This document shows, one piece after another, positions 51,088-63,327 of a stretch of 64,000 bases of DNA; position 1 is the stretch's first letter, and every line of letters begins with the position of its first letter. This DNA is from Azolla caroliniana. Taxonomy: Eukaryota; Plantae; Polypodiophyta. A model generated the notes under the pieces. It was not told where the DNA came from, made no database searches, and was given only the letters and a program-made list of their open reading frames with translations. Both the position numbers and the translations under genes were made by a program. The stretch is from contig JBHGNT010000002.1 in NCBI GenBank assembly GCA_043228905.1, positions 16,244,001 through 16,308,000 on the forward strand, given 5' to 3'.

Positions 51088-52519
51088 ACGTCTTGTTCGT
51101 GGATTCCGTCAATCCGTTCACCTACGGGTAGTATGGCGTATTGTGTTTATGAACTACTGCATAGAATGTTGTTAGGATTTCCACCACGTGACCAAGAAAG
51201 TGTCCTCCCTGGTCACTGATCAGCTCGATCGGACATCCGTACCGACACCATATATATTCATAAAGGAATTTTGATGTTGATGTCGTGGTGTTGTCTTGGA
51301 GTGCTTTTGCTTCCACCCATTTCATACAATAGTCGGTGGCTACAATAATGTGATGGTTCCTTGTGCGCATTGCTAGTGGCTTAAATGGTCTCACAAAATC
51401 TAATCCCCATTTTTGAAACGGTTCGAGTGGCAATGCGGGTTGATGGGGGCATTCGACCTGCTCTATGGGTTGGCCCAACCGCTAGCAGAGATCACATTCT
51501 TTGCAAAATCAGATAGTGTCTTTGAGAGTTGTCGGCCACCATAACCCACTTCTCCAAATCTTCCACCGGATAGCGTCTCTGGCATAGTGGCCACCGGCAA
51601 CTCTACAATGAGCGTCTTGTAGAATTGCTTCCTTTTCGTCGCTCCTTACCGCACGCCGCCAGATCCCGTCAGCTCCTTTGTGGTACAATGTGTCCTATAT
51701 CAAACAAAAATGGCGACCTTGGACTGCCAATCGTTTCCGTTCGTCCCGACTTAGCTCTTCCGAAGGCACTCCGGTACTTAGGAATTGATGTATGTTGGTG
51801 AGCCATTTTTCCTCCCCGACCATTGTCTCATCTACCGTCGTTGCTGAGGTAAACTTGAATAACTCGGCATCCGGGAACTCATCTCGAACTCCATCCCCCT
51901 TCTCGAGATTTCAGCCGACTCAAATAATCTGCCATTGCGTGCTGTACTCCCGGTCGGTGGTATATTTTGAACTCGAACTCCTACAATAATAGTTTCCATC
52001 TTGCTAATTTTCCGGTTAATGACACCTTGGACACCAAATAAATTAGTGCGGAGTGGTCAACATGGAACGAAAATTTGCGTCCTAGTAAATAGTGGCGGTA
52101 CTTGGTGACGTTGTAGACCATTCCTAGTGCTTCTCTTTCTGTTGTTGAGTAATTTCGTTCGGTTTTGGAGAGTTTCAAAGTAGACTAGATGGTACCACTT
52201 AGGTTCGATAAGCTGCATTAGAACACTCTTGATTGCTATATCTGACGTGTCCATGAACACATGAAAATCCTTTGTCCAATCCGAAGGTTGCACCATGAGG
52301 GCTTGCGACAACATCACTTGTAATGCTTTGTACGCCGTTTCCTCTTGCTCCATCCATTGAAAAGGTATGCGGTGCACGACTCCATGTAATGGAGTATCCG
52401 GTTGTGCCACCGGATACAACCCAAGAACCGACTCAATGCCTTAGCGTTTGTCAGTGTCGGTGCTTTTAAGATGGCGGTAACCTTGTTTGGATGCACAACG
52501 ATTCCTTCTTTACTAACGA

Positions 52520-53749
52520 TGTCGTGTGGTTTTTCACACACGATATGAAAACTATGTAGAAAAATAATGAAATAATTATTTTAGATTAGATTAGTAGCTT
52601 GTTATAGAAAGATAGATGTACTCAAGAGCTTTAAAACGCATTTCACTACATACAAAATGGAAGTTATGAGAACATGGTGTTTGAGAAGATAGGGAAAATA
52701 GAACTATGATTTATCCCACATAGATAGGAAACTTAAAGCCCTAGCTATATAAGCACATTGAGATCCCTCATTTTTCATTTGTGCTAAGAGCACTTTGGCC
52801 ACTTTTTCTAAATGGATGAATGTGGCCAAGTTACAAAAAAAACCAAACTGGAACCAGTCGGGAAGCTAATTGGAACTGGCCGGAAAGCAAACTGGAACTG
52901 GTTGCTAAGCAAACTAGAACTGGCTGGAAAGCAAAAAGGAACCGGCCGAAAAGCAAACCAGAACCGTTCGGAAAGCAAAAAGGAACTGGCCGATAAGTAA
53001 ACTAGAACCAGTCGGTAAGCAATCCAGAACCGGTTGGTAAGCAAACTAGAACCGGCCGATAAGCAAATCAGAACCGGTGAAATCGGCAATCGGATGGTGT
53101 CGGAAACCGGGCGGATCCGACAACCGTCGACGATCGAGACAGACAGATGATAGGATCATGTGGCTAATTAAACTAAACTAAACTAAACTAAACTAAAGGT
53201 CATGTGGACGGTGGCATGCAACTAAAAGAAAAAGCCATTCAACTAAAAATGGATGCAACTAAAAGTGGACATGCAAAGTAACATTAAAGGCGATGATCAA
53301 CGGAGAACTCCATATAAATTCCATTTTTTTTACACATACTCTCGCTCCATATTTATTTTCTTTTCCTTCTTAGGATCCTTATCTCAAGAAGCCATATCTC
53401 TCATAAACCCTAATTTCCTTACGGAAGCCATAAACCCTAATTTTCCATACGGAAGCCATATCTCTCATAAACCCTAATTTCCTTACGGAAGCCAAAAACC
53501 CTAAATTTCCCTACAGAAGCCATATCTCTCAAACCCCTAATTTTTCTTTTCTATTAATCTCCATAAGCTAAAACTTTTGAATCCCAATCTTGGGACATAT
53601 TGTAATTTTTTTCCTTTGTTAATGAAAATTATTAAATTTCTTATTTTCGTTAATTGTTAAAAATATAAACGCACAAATGTGATGTCCTCTGGTCGGAGGC
53701 CCCGGGGTCCTGCCTCAAGTTCACGTGTCCTCGTCGTATTTTCTCGACA
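52520..53749 (+). mobile_element. Solo LTR (TGTCG...CGACA), 4-bp TSD ACGA
   Basis: It splits the RT peptide HIVSKEG. Internal repeats of about 25 bp lie at 52845-53075 and AAACCCTAA-containing repeats at 53388-53545. Confidence 0.85.
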
Positions 53750-53772
53750 ACGATATGCCTAAGTAGTGTGCC

Positions 53773-54099
53773 TGTTACCCATAAGAATATACGGGGAGGC
53801 ATAAGGGTATGTGTAATGATGTGGTTGATGTGTATGTGTAAAGTAAATGAGTGTGTGAGGATGAGTATGTGTATGGACACATGCACAATTATGTGCATGT
53901 GTACAAGAATGTGTAACGGTCTTATTTATAACGGTCATGTAATCGTTACATTGGATGTATTATATAAACCCCCTATGGGGTATATAATGAGATATACAAT
54001 TTTCCCCCTCTCATTTTGTGTCATTTTGTATTTGTCTTTCTCTCTAGCTCTCTCTCTAACATAACTCCCCAACAACACTTTTGGCACGCCTGATGGGAC
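53773..54099 (+). mobile_element. LTR (53773-54077) plus a tRNA-Arg-type PBS (54082-54099)
   Basis: TGTTA...CAACA ends, TATA near 53961, and TGGCACGCCTGATGGGAC. Confidence 0.75.
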
Positions 54100-54380
54100 T
54101 ACCCTCCCGAGAGGAAGTCCCTCTCTATTCCTTTAGAAGAAGTCTCCCTCTCCCTCTCTATGTCTCTCTGTCCAAAAATCTTATGCGAGCTATGGCGGGA
54201 AAGCCACCTTCTGCAACATTAGCCATGGAGGCTTGAACACCCCAACCCCCCTTGGAGAGTTCAGAGAAGAACTCTCCGTCTCTCCCGTTTCTGTGTTTGC
54301 CTCTATTGATTACATAACAATTTATTTTCTTCCCGTTTCTGTGTTTCCCTCCTAAAACATAACCAAATAAGGAATAGGAA

Positions 54381-54790
54381 TTGCTGCCTTTGGAGATAGA
54401 GCGAAGCATTGGATAACACTCATGCTACAACTGTGGATGTATACAATAAAAAGTTTAGGGCTAAACAAGATGGCCGAATAGGAATTGCGGCGGACTCTGA
54501 ATTGGCGAAACCCTTAACAACATGAATTGAAGATGTGGAAGCTGCTCGAAGGAATCTAGAATTTCAGCTTGGCTGGTTCTTGGATCCTATTTATTTTGGT
54601 GATTACCCTAAGTCCATGCAAGATGCAATTGGTTCTCGTCTTCCTCTCTTTTCTCGGGAGGAAATTAAGATATTACAGGAGGGTTCCCTTGATTTTATTG
54701 GACTCAATCATTACATTACAAGATACATCACTCTAGTAGTGACATCATCTCAAAGCACTTCCCTTCATTTGAAGAAATGGCCGAACGGAC
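54381..54790 (+). pseudogene. Intronless glycoside hydrolase family 1 (beta-glucosidase) fragment
   Basis: AFGDRAKHWIT, KFRAKQDGRIGIA, EAARRNLEFQLGWFLDPIYFGDYPKSM...LDFIGLNHY, with an internal deletion and a stop. Confidence 0.9.
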
Positions 54791-55439
54791 AGACATGGCC
54801 AGCAGACAGAGAGCTGGGCAATCAGTGGGGACTGTCGCGCCACGTCGGCAGTTGGTGACGACGGCCAACCGACCAAACGGCACCGGCCGACGTCCGATAG
54901 AGTCGGCCGGAGAAACGACACGAAACAGCCAGATAGATAGATAGACAGTCGTCAAACGAAAATGAGTGGCTGGACAGGGACACGGCCACGGCCACGGCCA
55001 CGGACAGCCGATAGCGACGACCGGAGGACATAGACGGCCATGGATAGATGGCCAACAGGCAGACGGTTCGAACAAACACAGAGCCAGCCGACGAGACGGA
55101 GCCAGACAGATACAAAGACGGCCCCGGGACAGAGGTCCGACAGCCGACGACAGTCGAACAGACGCCGATGTCCGACAGAGTCGAACAGAAGGGGAGAGAG
55201 ATCGCACCCTCAACAGAAGGAAGAGGAGAGAGAAGTAGCAGCAAGAAGAAAGAAAGAAGCAGAAATAAAAAGAAGACAAACACAACATAGCTATGGCGAG
55301 GTGGACACATCACTATGGGAAGCAACTCCTCTTCTCACAGACAATATGGAAGCCAAGAGAGCCAAAGAGATGGCCGGGGACACGAGAGACTCGACCTAGC
55401 ACAAAGGCACGGAGATGGCTGATGCTGCTAGACACGCAC

Positions 55440-55830
55440 GATTCAAGAGCATGGCAGAGACGCATGGCCGACATCACGACCAAGACACGTGGCCAAAATG
55501 TGCGGCCGAGACGTGCAGTCGAAGCGAAGCATTGTCGAGACGCATGGCCGAAACGCGCGGACCAGAATATGGCCGAGATGCATGGTCGAGAAGTACGACC
55601 AAGACGCGTGGCCAAGAGCACAACCGAGATGCGTGGCCGAGAGCACGACCGAGACGCGCGGCCGAGAATATGGCCGAGACGCGTGGTTGAGAGTACGACC
55701 AAGAAGTGCAGTCGAGATGCATGGTCGAGACTACGACCGAGACGCGTGATCGAAAAGACAGCTGAGACACGCGGCCAAGACGTGCAGTCGAGACTGCGGC
55801 CCAGATACGCGACCAAGAGTACGGCCGAGT
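55440..55830. repeat. Degenerate GC-rich tandem repeat of about 24 bp
   Basis: Recurrent cgaccgagacgcgtggccgaga variants. Confidence 0.8.
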
Positions 55831-56811
55831 GACAGCCGCGAAGATAGCCAAGCAAAAGATGAAGACATAAGAAGAAAGAGAAGAGGGGTATGAAGAGAAA
55901 AATTCAAAAATTGGAGGGCAAAATACAGAATTTCGAAAACACAAGGGTTGAAAATAAAATTTCAAAAAATTTGAGGGTAAAAATTTTAAAGACCAAAGGG
56001 TAAAAAATATAAAACTCACTTCACAAGGACAAGCTTAATAGGTAGCAAATTTGGAAAGTTGACAAAAACAAACACCCGCTGCGGTAATGAACAAGGACTT
56101 CCGATGACTAAAACATTTTCGTCACGTAAACAATCCTATCATTGGAGTAACTGCTCCACTATCAAAGGCAAAGTAGTCTGAAGTAGAGATGGCAGAACTC
56201 CTGAGAGATTGCCCAAAATGGAAGGGGAAAGCAAAAATTACTCACTCGTGCAACGAAGAAACCTCATTTCTGGGAACAACCATTAGCCTGAAGGGAACTC
56301 GTATCGAGTGGGGCTCATGGCAAAGAATCAACTCTATTATATGAAAACCAAGAATTGCGTCAGTCTACATGAAAGCTTCTGTAGAAAGAGTAATCACCAA
56401 ACTGTACAAAATACACATGTCGTCATAAGGGAGCCAAAAACCCAAATTTGTAATAAGGGTAACAACCATGACTAAATCATATAGTATTACAACTATGTCA
56501 TTATGGGTTTTTCTCGTTATCATTCTATCGCAGGTAGCTGGTCAGATTTATTGTCACGTCCTAGGCTGTTAATTTATCCGAGTCGTGTATGTATTTCTGC
56601 AACCAGGCATAAGTCTAGGCTTTGGAAACCCTAAACAAAGAAAACCACGAGAACATAGATCCACTATACAAATAGAGAATACAGAAAAACGATTACAACA
56701 CTCTGTTAAAAATTAGGTAAGTAATTAAGCAAGGGTTAATTAGTATCTAATTATGAGGTGTAGTTAAGCTACGCGGAAGATTAAGTGATATGTGTGTGTA
56801 TGTGTGTGAGA

Positions 56812-56849
<38 letters not shown>

Positions 56850-57461
56850 GTTAACACTTATGAACAACACAAGATGGGGGATGAGTAACTATATTAGAAA
56901 GCATCATCATCATCAAATACAAAAATACCCACAATGAGGTATATATACATCTCATGTGCAAAGGTGCACATGTGTGAGTAGAATATACTAAGGTACTAAG
57001 GCGTAAGTCTTGTATTAAATGACTTTGGGAGTGGAGGATCTAGAATATCCCACTTAAGTACAATGTCCTATTTAAGGCGTTATAGCCAACGCTTCTAACT
57101 AGATTCTATCTAGGTAACTATGAAGTTACATGGTTGACTAAATAACTAAACTAAGTTGAGCTTGATCTCTCAACACACCCCCTCAAGCTCAAGTGTGAGG
57201 CGTTCGACATCCCTTTTGGCTTTCGTCGGCTTCCTCAACTTTCGATGTCGGGTTTTGTGCAACTTTCGGTGTCGGCTTCCACGTCGTGGTAGTTTCGGTT
57301 CCTCCCCCTCAAGCCTGTGTCGAAGGCTTGGTTTGATTGCTTTCACCCATTGTGGGTTACGAGCCACTTTTGTAGATCTCTTAGGCTCTTGTCGGCCGCG
57401 ACCTTCATCGCGAAGGCATAATGATGGGCCATGTACTCGTTGTAGTCGAGCCGAGTGACGG

Positions 57462-58853
57462 TGTCGTGAAGATTTTCGGCAATAGTGTGAAAATCCCATA
57501 AAACGTACGAAATCGAGTATGAATCACATAGTACAATAATTGTGAAGATAACATTTTAAATAGATTTAATATCTAAGTACAAAATGATGGAGGTTTCAAA
57601 TGCACTTTATTACGCGAGAAACAGACAACTAAATGTCAAGATATGAGGGTATAAAGTTTGTGAAAGGAAAAGAGAAAATTGTGAGATATCCCACATAGGC
57701 ACGACAAATACAGCTCTCATCATATATAATGTGTGGAGCATAGAGAGTTCAAGGTAACTTGAACTAAGAGTGGAGGTGGGCTAGCTACTCGTAAAGGGTT
57801 TTGGCCAACCAAAACCGGACCGGCGATGGAGCTGGTGATCCGGCGGCGGCACCGGCATCCGGCACCGGTATCCGGCGAGGCACCGGTAACCGACGGCATC
57901 CGACGGCGGCACCGACATCCGGCGAGGCACCGGTAACCGACGACGGCATCCGGCGAGGCACCGGTAACCGACGACGGCATCCGGCGAGGCACCGGTAACC
58001 GGCGAGGCACTGGTATCCGACGACAGCATCCGGCGAGGCACCGGTAACCGACAGCATCTGGCGACAGTATCCGGCGAACCGGCGAGGCACTGGTATCCGA
58101 CGACAGCATCCGGCGAGGCACCGGTAACCAACGACATCCGGTAACCGACAGCATTTGGCGACGGTATCCGGCGAACCGGCGAGGCACCGGTAACCGACGG
58201 CATCCGGCGACAGCAACCAGCGATGGCACCGGTAACCGACAGCATCCAGCGACGGTATCCGGCGAACCGGCGTCCGGCGACTAGATAAATAAATATATAA
58301 ATATATATACATATTTACATATACAAGGAGGGCAAGTAAGGATTCGAACCTTGCACCTCCAAGTTAGGAGTCAATTGGCTTACCATTAAGCCATGCTATT
58401 TAGTTGAAATTATATTTCTATCATTGTATGTTTACATGTAAATTCTCATACATAAGAGCTAAAATGAGTAACATGGTTATCATGCACCACATGTAATACA
58501 TAAGCGCCAAATGGCAAACATGCAATTTATGCATGTCTTGTACCCTCACATGCATCATATGCATGAGAGCATCTATAAAAGAGGGAAGGGGGAGGAGAAA
58601 AAACACGGTTTTTTTATTATTATGAAATTAAGAAGAAGAAATTCGTTATCAAATTGATGGTGTAACTTGTTTCTTAAATCCAAAGATAAAAAGTTCAATC
58701 GATCTTTCTCAATCGTTTAATCTCAACTTCTCTCTTTCCCAATCTATCTTAAGTACTTTCTCGTCAAAGCTTGTATCGACTCTAAATCCTTCCGGTCTAG
58801 AACTCCAATGGTTCCGCCTCACGATCCGCGCGTAGTGACAGATCTTCACGACA
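57462..58853 (+). mobile_element. Solo LTR-like insertion with 12-bp inverted ends, TSD ACGG
   Basis: TGTCGTGAAGAT...ATCTTCACGACA, a CpG-rich minisatellite at 57830-58280, a tRNA-like box, and TATA near 58573. Confidence 0.88.
58327..58398 (-). other. tRNA-like sequence with Pol III A and B boxes (second copy at 60109-60180)
   Basis: TGGCTTAATGG (A box) and GGTTCGAATCC (B box) lie 32 nt apart. There is no clean acceptor stem. Confidence 0.7.
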
Positions 58854-59479
58854 ACGGGATTCTTCTCTCTAGAGGAACGTTGAAGTTTTTCGCTCACCGA
58901 TGTGAGTGCCTTCTTTACTCTGGGTGTCTGCATGATGGGTACACCAAACTTGTTGTCTAGTGAGGGAGCCGACACATCCGAATCATTGTCGTCATGATGG
59001 TCGACTTCGTATTCGGGCATCTTACCTTTGCCTTTGTCTAAGGTCGTACTTGGAAGGCTTGAAGGCTCATGTGGTCCACTTAGCTCGGTAGAGCTTGGAC
59101 AGTCCTTTGGTGAAGGGCTTTGTTGAATATCATCCTCCGAGTTGACGTCCAACTCCTCCTCGGTCAAGTCGGGTGGAGCCGAATCGGGCTTATACCAAGA
59201 TGCTGATTCGTCGAAGACTATGTCTCGACTCACCCGAACCGCTCAGGTCGAAAGGTTATAGCACTTGTATGCCTTCTTCTCGGACGAGTATCCTATGAGG
59301 ATACATTCCTCCGACTTCGTGTTGGGCTTCTGTCGGTTTTCGTTTGAGATGCGTACATTAGCAATGCTTCCGAACACCTTGAGGTGCGACAAGATCGACT
59401 TCCTTCCGACGAGGAGCTCATATGGAGTTAGCTCATGCACTCCATTAGTGGTGCATCGATTCATGAGATAGACGACCGT

Positions 59480-60645
59480 TGTCGTGAAGATTTTCGGCAA
59501 TAGTGTGAAAATCCCATAAAACGTACAAAATCGAGTATGAATCACATAATACAATAATTGTGAAGATAACATTTTAAATAAATTTAATATCTAAGTACAA
59601 AATGATGGAGGTTTCAAATGCACTTTATTACACGAGAAACGGACAACTAAATGTCAAGATATGAGGGTATAAAGTTTGTGAAAGGAAAAGAGAAAACTGT
59701 GAGATATCCCACATAGGCACAACAAATACGGCTCTCATCATATATAAGGTAGAGCAAAAACTATTATCTTTGTGTCTATGTGTGGAGCATAGAGAGTTCA
59801 AGGTAACTTGAACTAAGAGTGGAGGTGGGCTAGCTACTCGTAAAGGGTTTTGGCCAACCAAAACCGGACCGACAATGGAGCCGGTGAGACGACGGCATCC
59901 GGCGATGGCGAGGTGACAGCATCCGGCGAGGCACCGGTAACCGACGGCATCCGACGGCAACCGGTTTAGCAACCGGTGACGGCATCCGGTGGCATCTGGC
60001 GCCAGTGAGACGACGGCATCCGGCGAAGCATCGGTAAGGCGACGGCATCCGGTGAACCGGCGTCCGGTGACTTGATAAACAAATATATAAATATATATAC
60101 ATATACAAGGAGGGCAAGTAAGGATTCGAACCTTGCACCTCCGAGTTAGGAGTCAATTGGCTTACCATTAAGCCATGCCATTTAGTTGAATTTATATTTC
60201 TATCATTGTACTTTTACATGTAAATTCTCATACATGAGAGCTAAAATGAGTGACATGGTTATCATGCACCACATGTAATACATGAGTGCCAAATGGCAAA
60301 CATGCATTTTATGCATGTCTTGTACCCTCACATGCATCATATGCATGAGAGCATCTATAAAAGAAGGAAGGGGGAGGAGAAAAGACACGTTTTCTTTTTG
60401 TTATGAAATTAAGAAGAAGAAATTCGTTATTAAATTGATCGTGTAACTTGTTTCTTAAATCCAAAGATAAAAGTTCAATCAATCTCTCTCAATCGTTTAA
60501 TCTCAACTTCTCTCTTTCCCAATCTATCTTAAGTACTTTCTCGCTAAAGCTTGCGCCAAAGCTTGTACCGACTTTGAATCCTTCCGGTCCAGAACCCCGG
60601 CGGTTCCGCCTCACGATCCGCGCGTAGTGACGGATCTTCATGACA
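59480..60645 (+). mobile_element. Second copy of the same solo LTR-like insertion, TSD CCGT
   Basis: Highly similar to 57462-58853 with a shorter minisatellite. It splits the integrase peptide EAAST|VVYLMNR. Confidence 0.88.
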
Positions 60646-62674
60646 CCGTGGATGCCGCTTCATCCCAATAGAAGTTCGGCATGTGCTTCTCATGCATCAT
60701 GGCACGTTCTACCTCGAGTATTTGCCAATTTTTCTTTTCGGCGACTCCATTTTGTTGGAGGTAGGAGGTGAATTCATTGGAGAAGTACTCCTTTCCTCCA
60801 TCCGATCGTAGGCATCGAATGAGCCGACCGGTTTCTTTTTCGACTTGGCCCTTGAGCTTTTGGAAGTGGGAGAGAAATTCACTCTTCTTCTTCATCGGGA
60901 AGATCCACACGTAGCGCAAGTAGTCGTCAATGAAGGTGACGTAGAATCGGCATCCGCTGATTGTCGGCTTTTGCGTTGGTCCCCATACATCCGAGTGTAT
61001 GATGTTGAGGAGGCCTTTGCTTGCGTAGCTCTCATTTGGGAATGGGAGTCGATGTTGTTTGCCGAGTTGGCATGCTTCGCACACTTGGTCGACTCATTTC
61101 ACCTCAAATGTTGGAAGTCCGATGACGACTCCCTTGGTTTGCATTGCTCAAAGACATTGGAGGTTTATGTGGCTGATTCTTTTTTGCCACAACTCGATGG
61201 TCGTCTCGGTTCTGAAACCTTTGGCATACATGGCGAATTTCACCTCGTTCGAATCGAGGATGAACATTCGACCGTCTCTCCATCCCTTGGCTATGAGTCA
61301 GCCATCTTTCTCGATAAAACAACCTTCGTTGTCGAAGCGGACTTGCATGCCTTGCTCCACGATTTGGCCGACCAAGACGAAATTCTTCGTTATTGTGGGC
61401 ATGTGAAATTCTTGATGCAATTTTGCTTGCCTTTTTTCCCGAATGGGACATTGTCGATGTGCCAAATGGTATGTGTGGTGTCATCTCCCATCTCTATGAA
61501 GTCGGGTCGATCCGGTGTACGCAAGTCATTGAACCACTCTTCGTGGGATGTCATGTGATGTGAGGCACTGGAATCGACGAACCACACATCTTCCGAGCTG
61601 GAGGTGCTCATGGAGTCAGAAGCTATCATAGAGTTCGCTCTATGTCTCATCACGAATAGACCACTGTAGTCATCATATTCAGAGTTGTTAGCGTAGTTTT
61701 TAAGTTGTCGGCTTGTCGAAGCCAACTCGTTTCTCTTTCTCCGACACTCCTCTTCGCGGTGGCTGATTTTGCCGCAATAGTTGCAAGCAAAGGGCCACAT
61801 TTTGACCTTGTTCAGCATGGACACTCCCCCTTCTTCCAAAGGTCCCTTGATGGCTTCCATCTTGTTGTCGAAGCTTTGAGTTCCCTTCATTCGATGGGTC
61901 GAATCGACCTCTCGACCTCATCCTCGACCACCATCCGAATTCAAAAAGAATATTTTTCCTTTCGATGCTTTGGTTTTGGTTTGGACGTGGTTCTCTTCAA
62001 CCATTAGCATTGATTGAAGGTCGAAGAACGAAGGAGGGTTTTCCCTCGCCAAGATTGCCGTTATCAACGAGTTGAATCATTGTGCGAGGCCACCCAAGCA
62101 TACTTGAAACATCAAATACAAAAATACCCACAATGAGGTATACTATACATCTCATGTTCAAAGGTGCACGTGTGAGTAGAATATAGGTACTAAGGTGTAA
62201 GTCCTATATTAAATGACCTTTGGAGTGGAGGATCTAGAATATCCCACTTAAGTACAAGGTCCTATTTAAGGCGTTATAGTCAACACTTCTAACTAGATTC
62301 TATCTAGGGGTGAAAGCATGAGAGTGGAAACAATTAGCTATGTCCTTGACATAGCTAATTAGCTATGCAAAAAGCTACCATTGATAAATAGTCATTTTAG
62401 TAAAAAGCCATCATTAATAAATTAACTATGCAAAAAACTATCATTGAAAATACTAGAGTGTTTTAATTACATATGTAAATGAGTGCCATAAATGTGCAAC
62501 ATAAACGTGCAACATAAATTGATATGTGCACCATAAATGTGTACCATAAATTATATATCAAATTCTTAGGTCCATTATGCATGATCCTTTGCCACATCAT
62601 GTAGGCCATCTCTAGTTGAGTATTGTGTGTTAGTTGCTACCACTGTTGCTAAACCCTATCGAGTCCACCTGCCG

Positions 62675-63032
62675 CCACTCTACACTCAAGGGCCGCTATT
62701 GTGCGTTCCAAGCATCATCAAAGAGCTGTTCAATCTGACGGGGTTCTCTTCTCTGTGCCACTCTACACTCAGGGGCCGCTACTGTGCGTTCCAAGCATCA
62801 TCAAAGAGCTGTTCAATCTAACGGGGTTCTCTTCTCTGTGCCACTCTACACTCAGGGGCCGCTACTGTGCGTTCCAAGCATCATCAAAGAGCTGTTCAAT
62901 CTAACGGGGTTCTCTTCTCTGTGCCACTCTACACTCAGGGGCCGCTACTGTGCGTTCCAAGCATCATCAAAGAGCTGTTCAATCTGACGGGGTTCTCTTC
63001 TCTGTGCCACTCTACACTCAGGGGCCGCTACT
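62675..63032. repeat. 83-bp tandem repeat, about 4.3 near-identical copies
   Basis: ccactctacactcaggggccgctactgtgcgttccaagc... recurs with an 83-bp period. Confidence 0.95.
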
Positions 63033-63327
63033 GTCCAGTCTTGGATTGCTTCCACATTTCGATTTGACGGAGTTCACTCATCCAACGACAACATTCTACA
63101 CTCAATTGTCACCATTGGTAGGTCCTGGATCACCTCCTCAACTGTTCGATCCAACGGAGTGAACTCCTCTACTGTTCGGTCTTGGATTGCAATAACTTTT
63201 TTGTCTATTGATTATCTTGTGTATTGTTGTGTCTAATCTTGTGTATTGTGGAATATTTTTGTGTATTGTTGTTGCCCATAGCCATCTTAAATTTTATTTT
63301 ATTTTTCTGGAAATTTAGGGTTTTAAT

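Larger units (their letters stand above)
43411..53772 (-). mobile_element. Athila-like gypsy fragment (RT end, RH, INT, accessory ORF) carrying three nested insertions
   Basis: HIVSKEGI, ERNYSTTEREALGM, PFQKWGLDFV, and KLRFKWTGPF...INGFQLKPY. The extra ORF at 49243-48883 continues at 43686-43411. Confidence 0.88.
56704..62306 (-). mobile_element. Copia deletion derivative (gag-PR-INT, no RT/RH) carrying two nested solo LTRs
   Basis: 3' LTR 56704-57175, PPT 57176-57183, and a 5' LTR remnant 62110-62306 matching 56911-57113. Domains: CNYCGKISHREEEC, WFVDSSASHHM, and CEACQLGKQHR. Confidence 0.9.

Noticed and set aside
54728-58312. Long overlapping Arg/Pro/Ala-rich ORFs
   Set aside because: They arise from GC-rich tandem repeats that lack stop codons in several frames.
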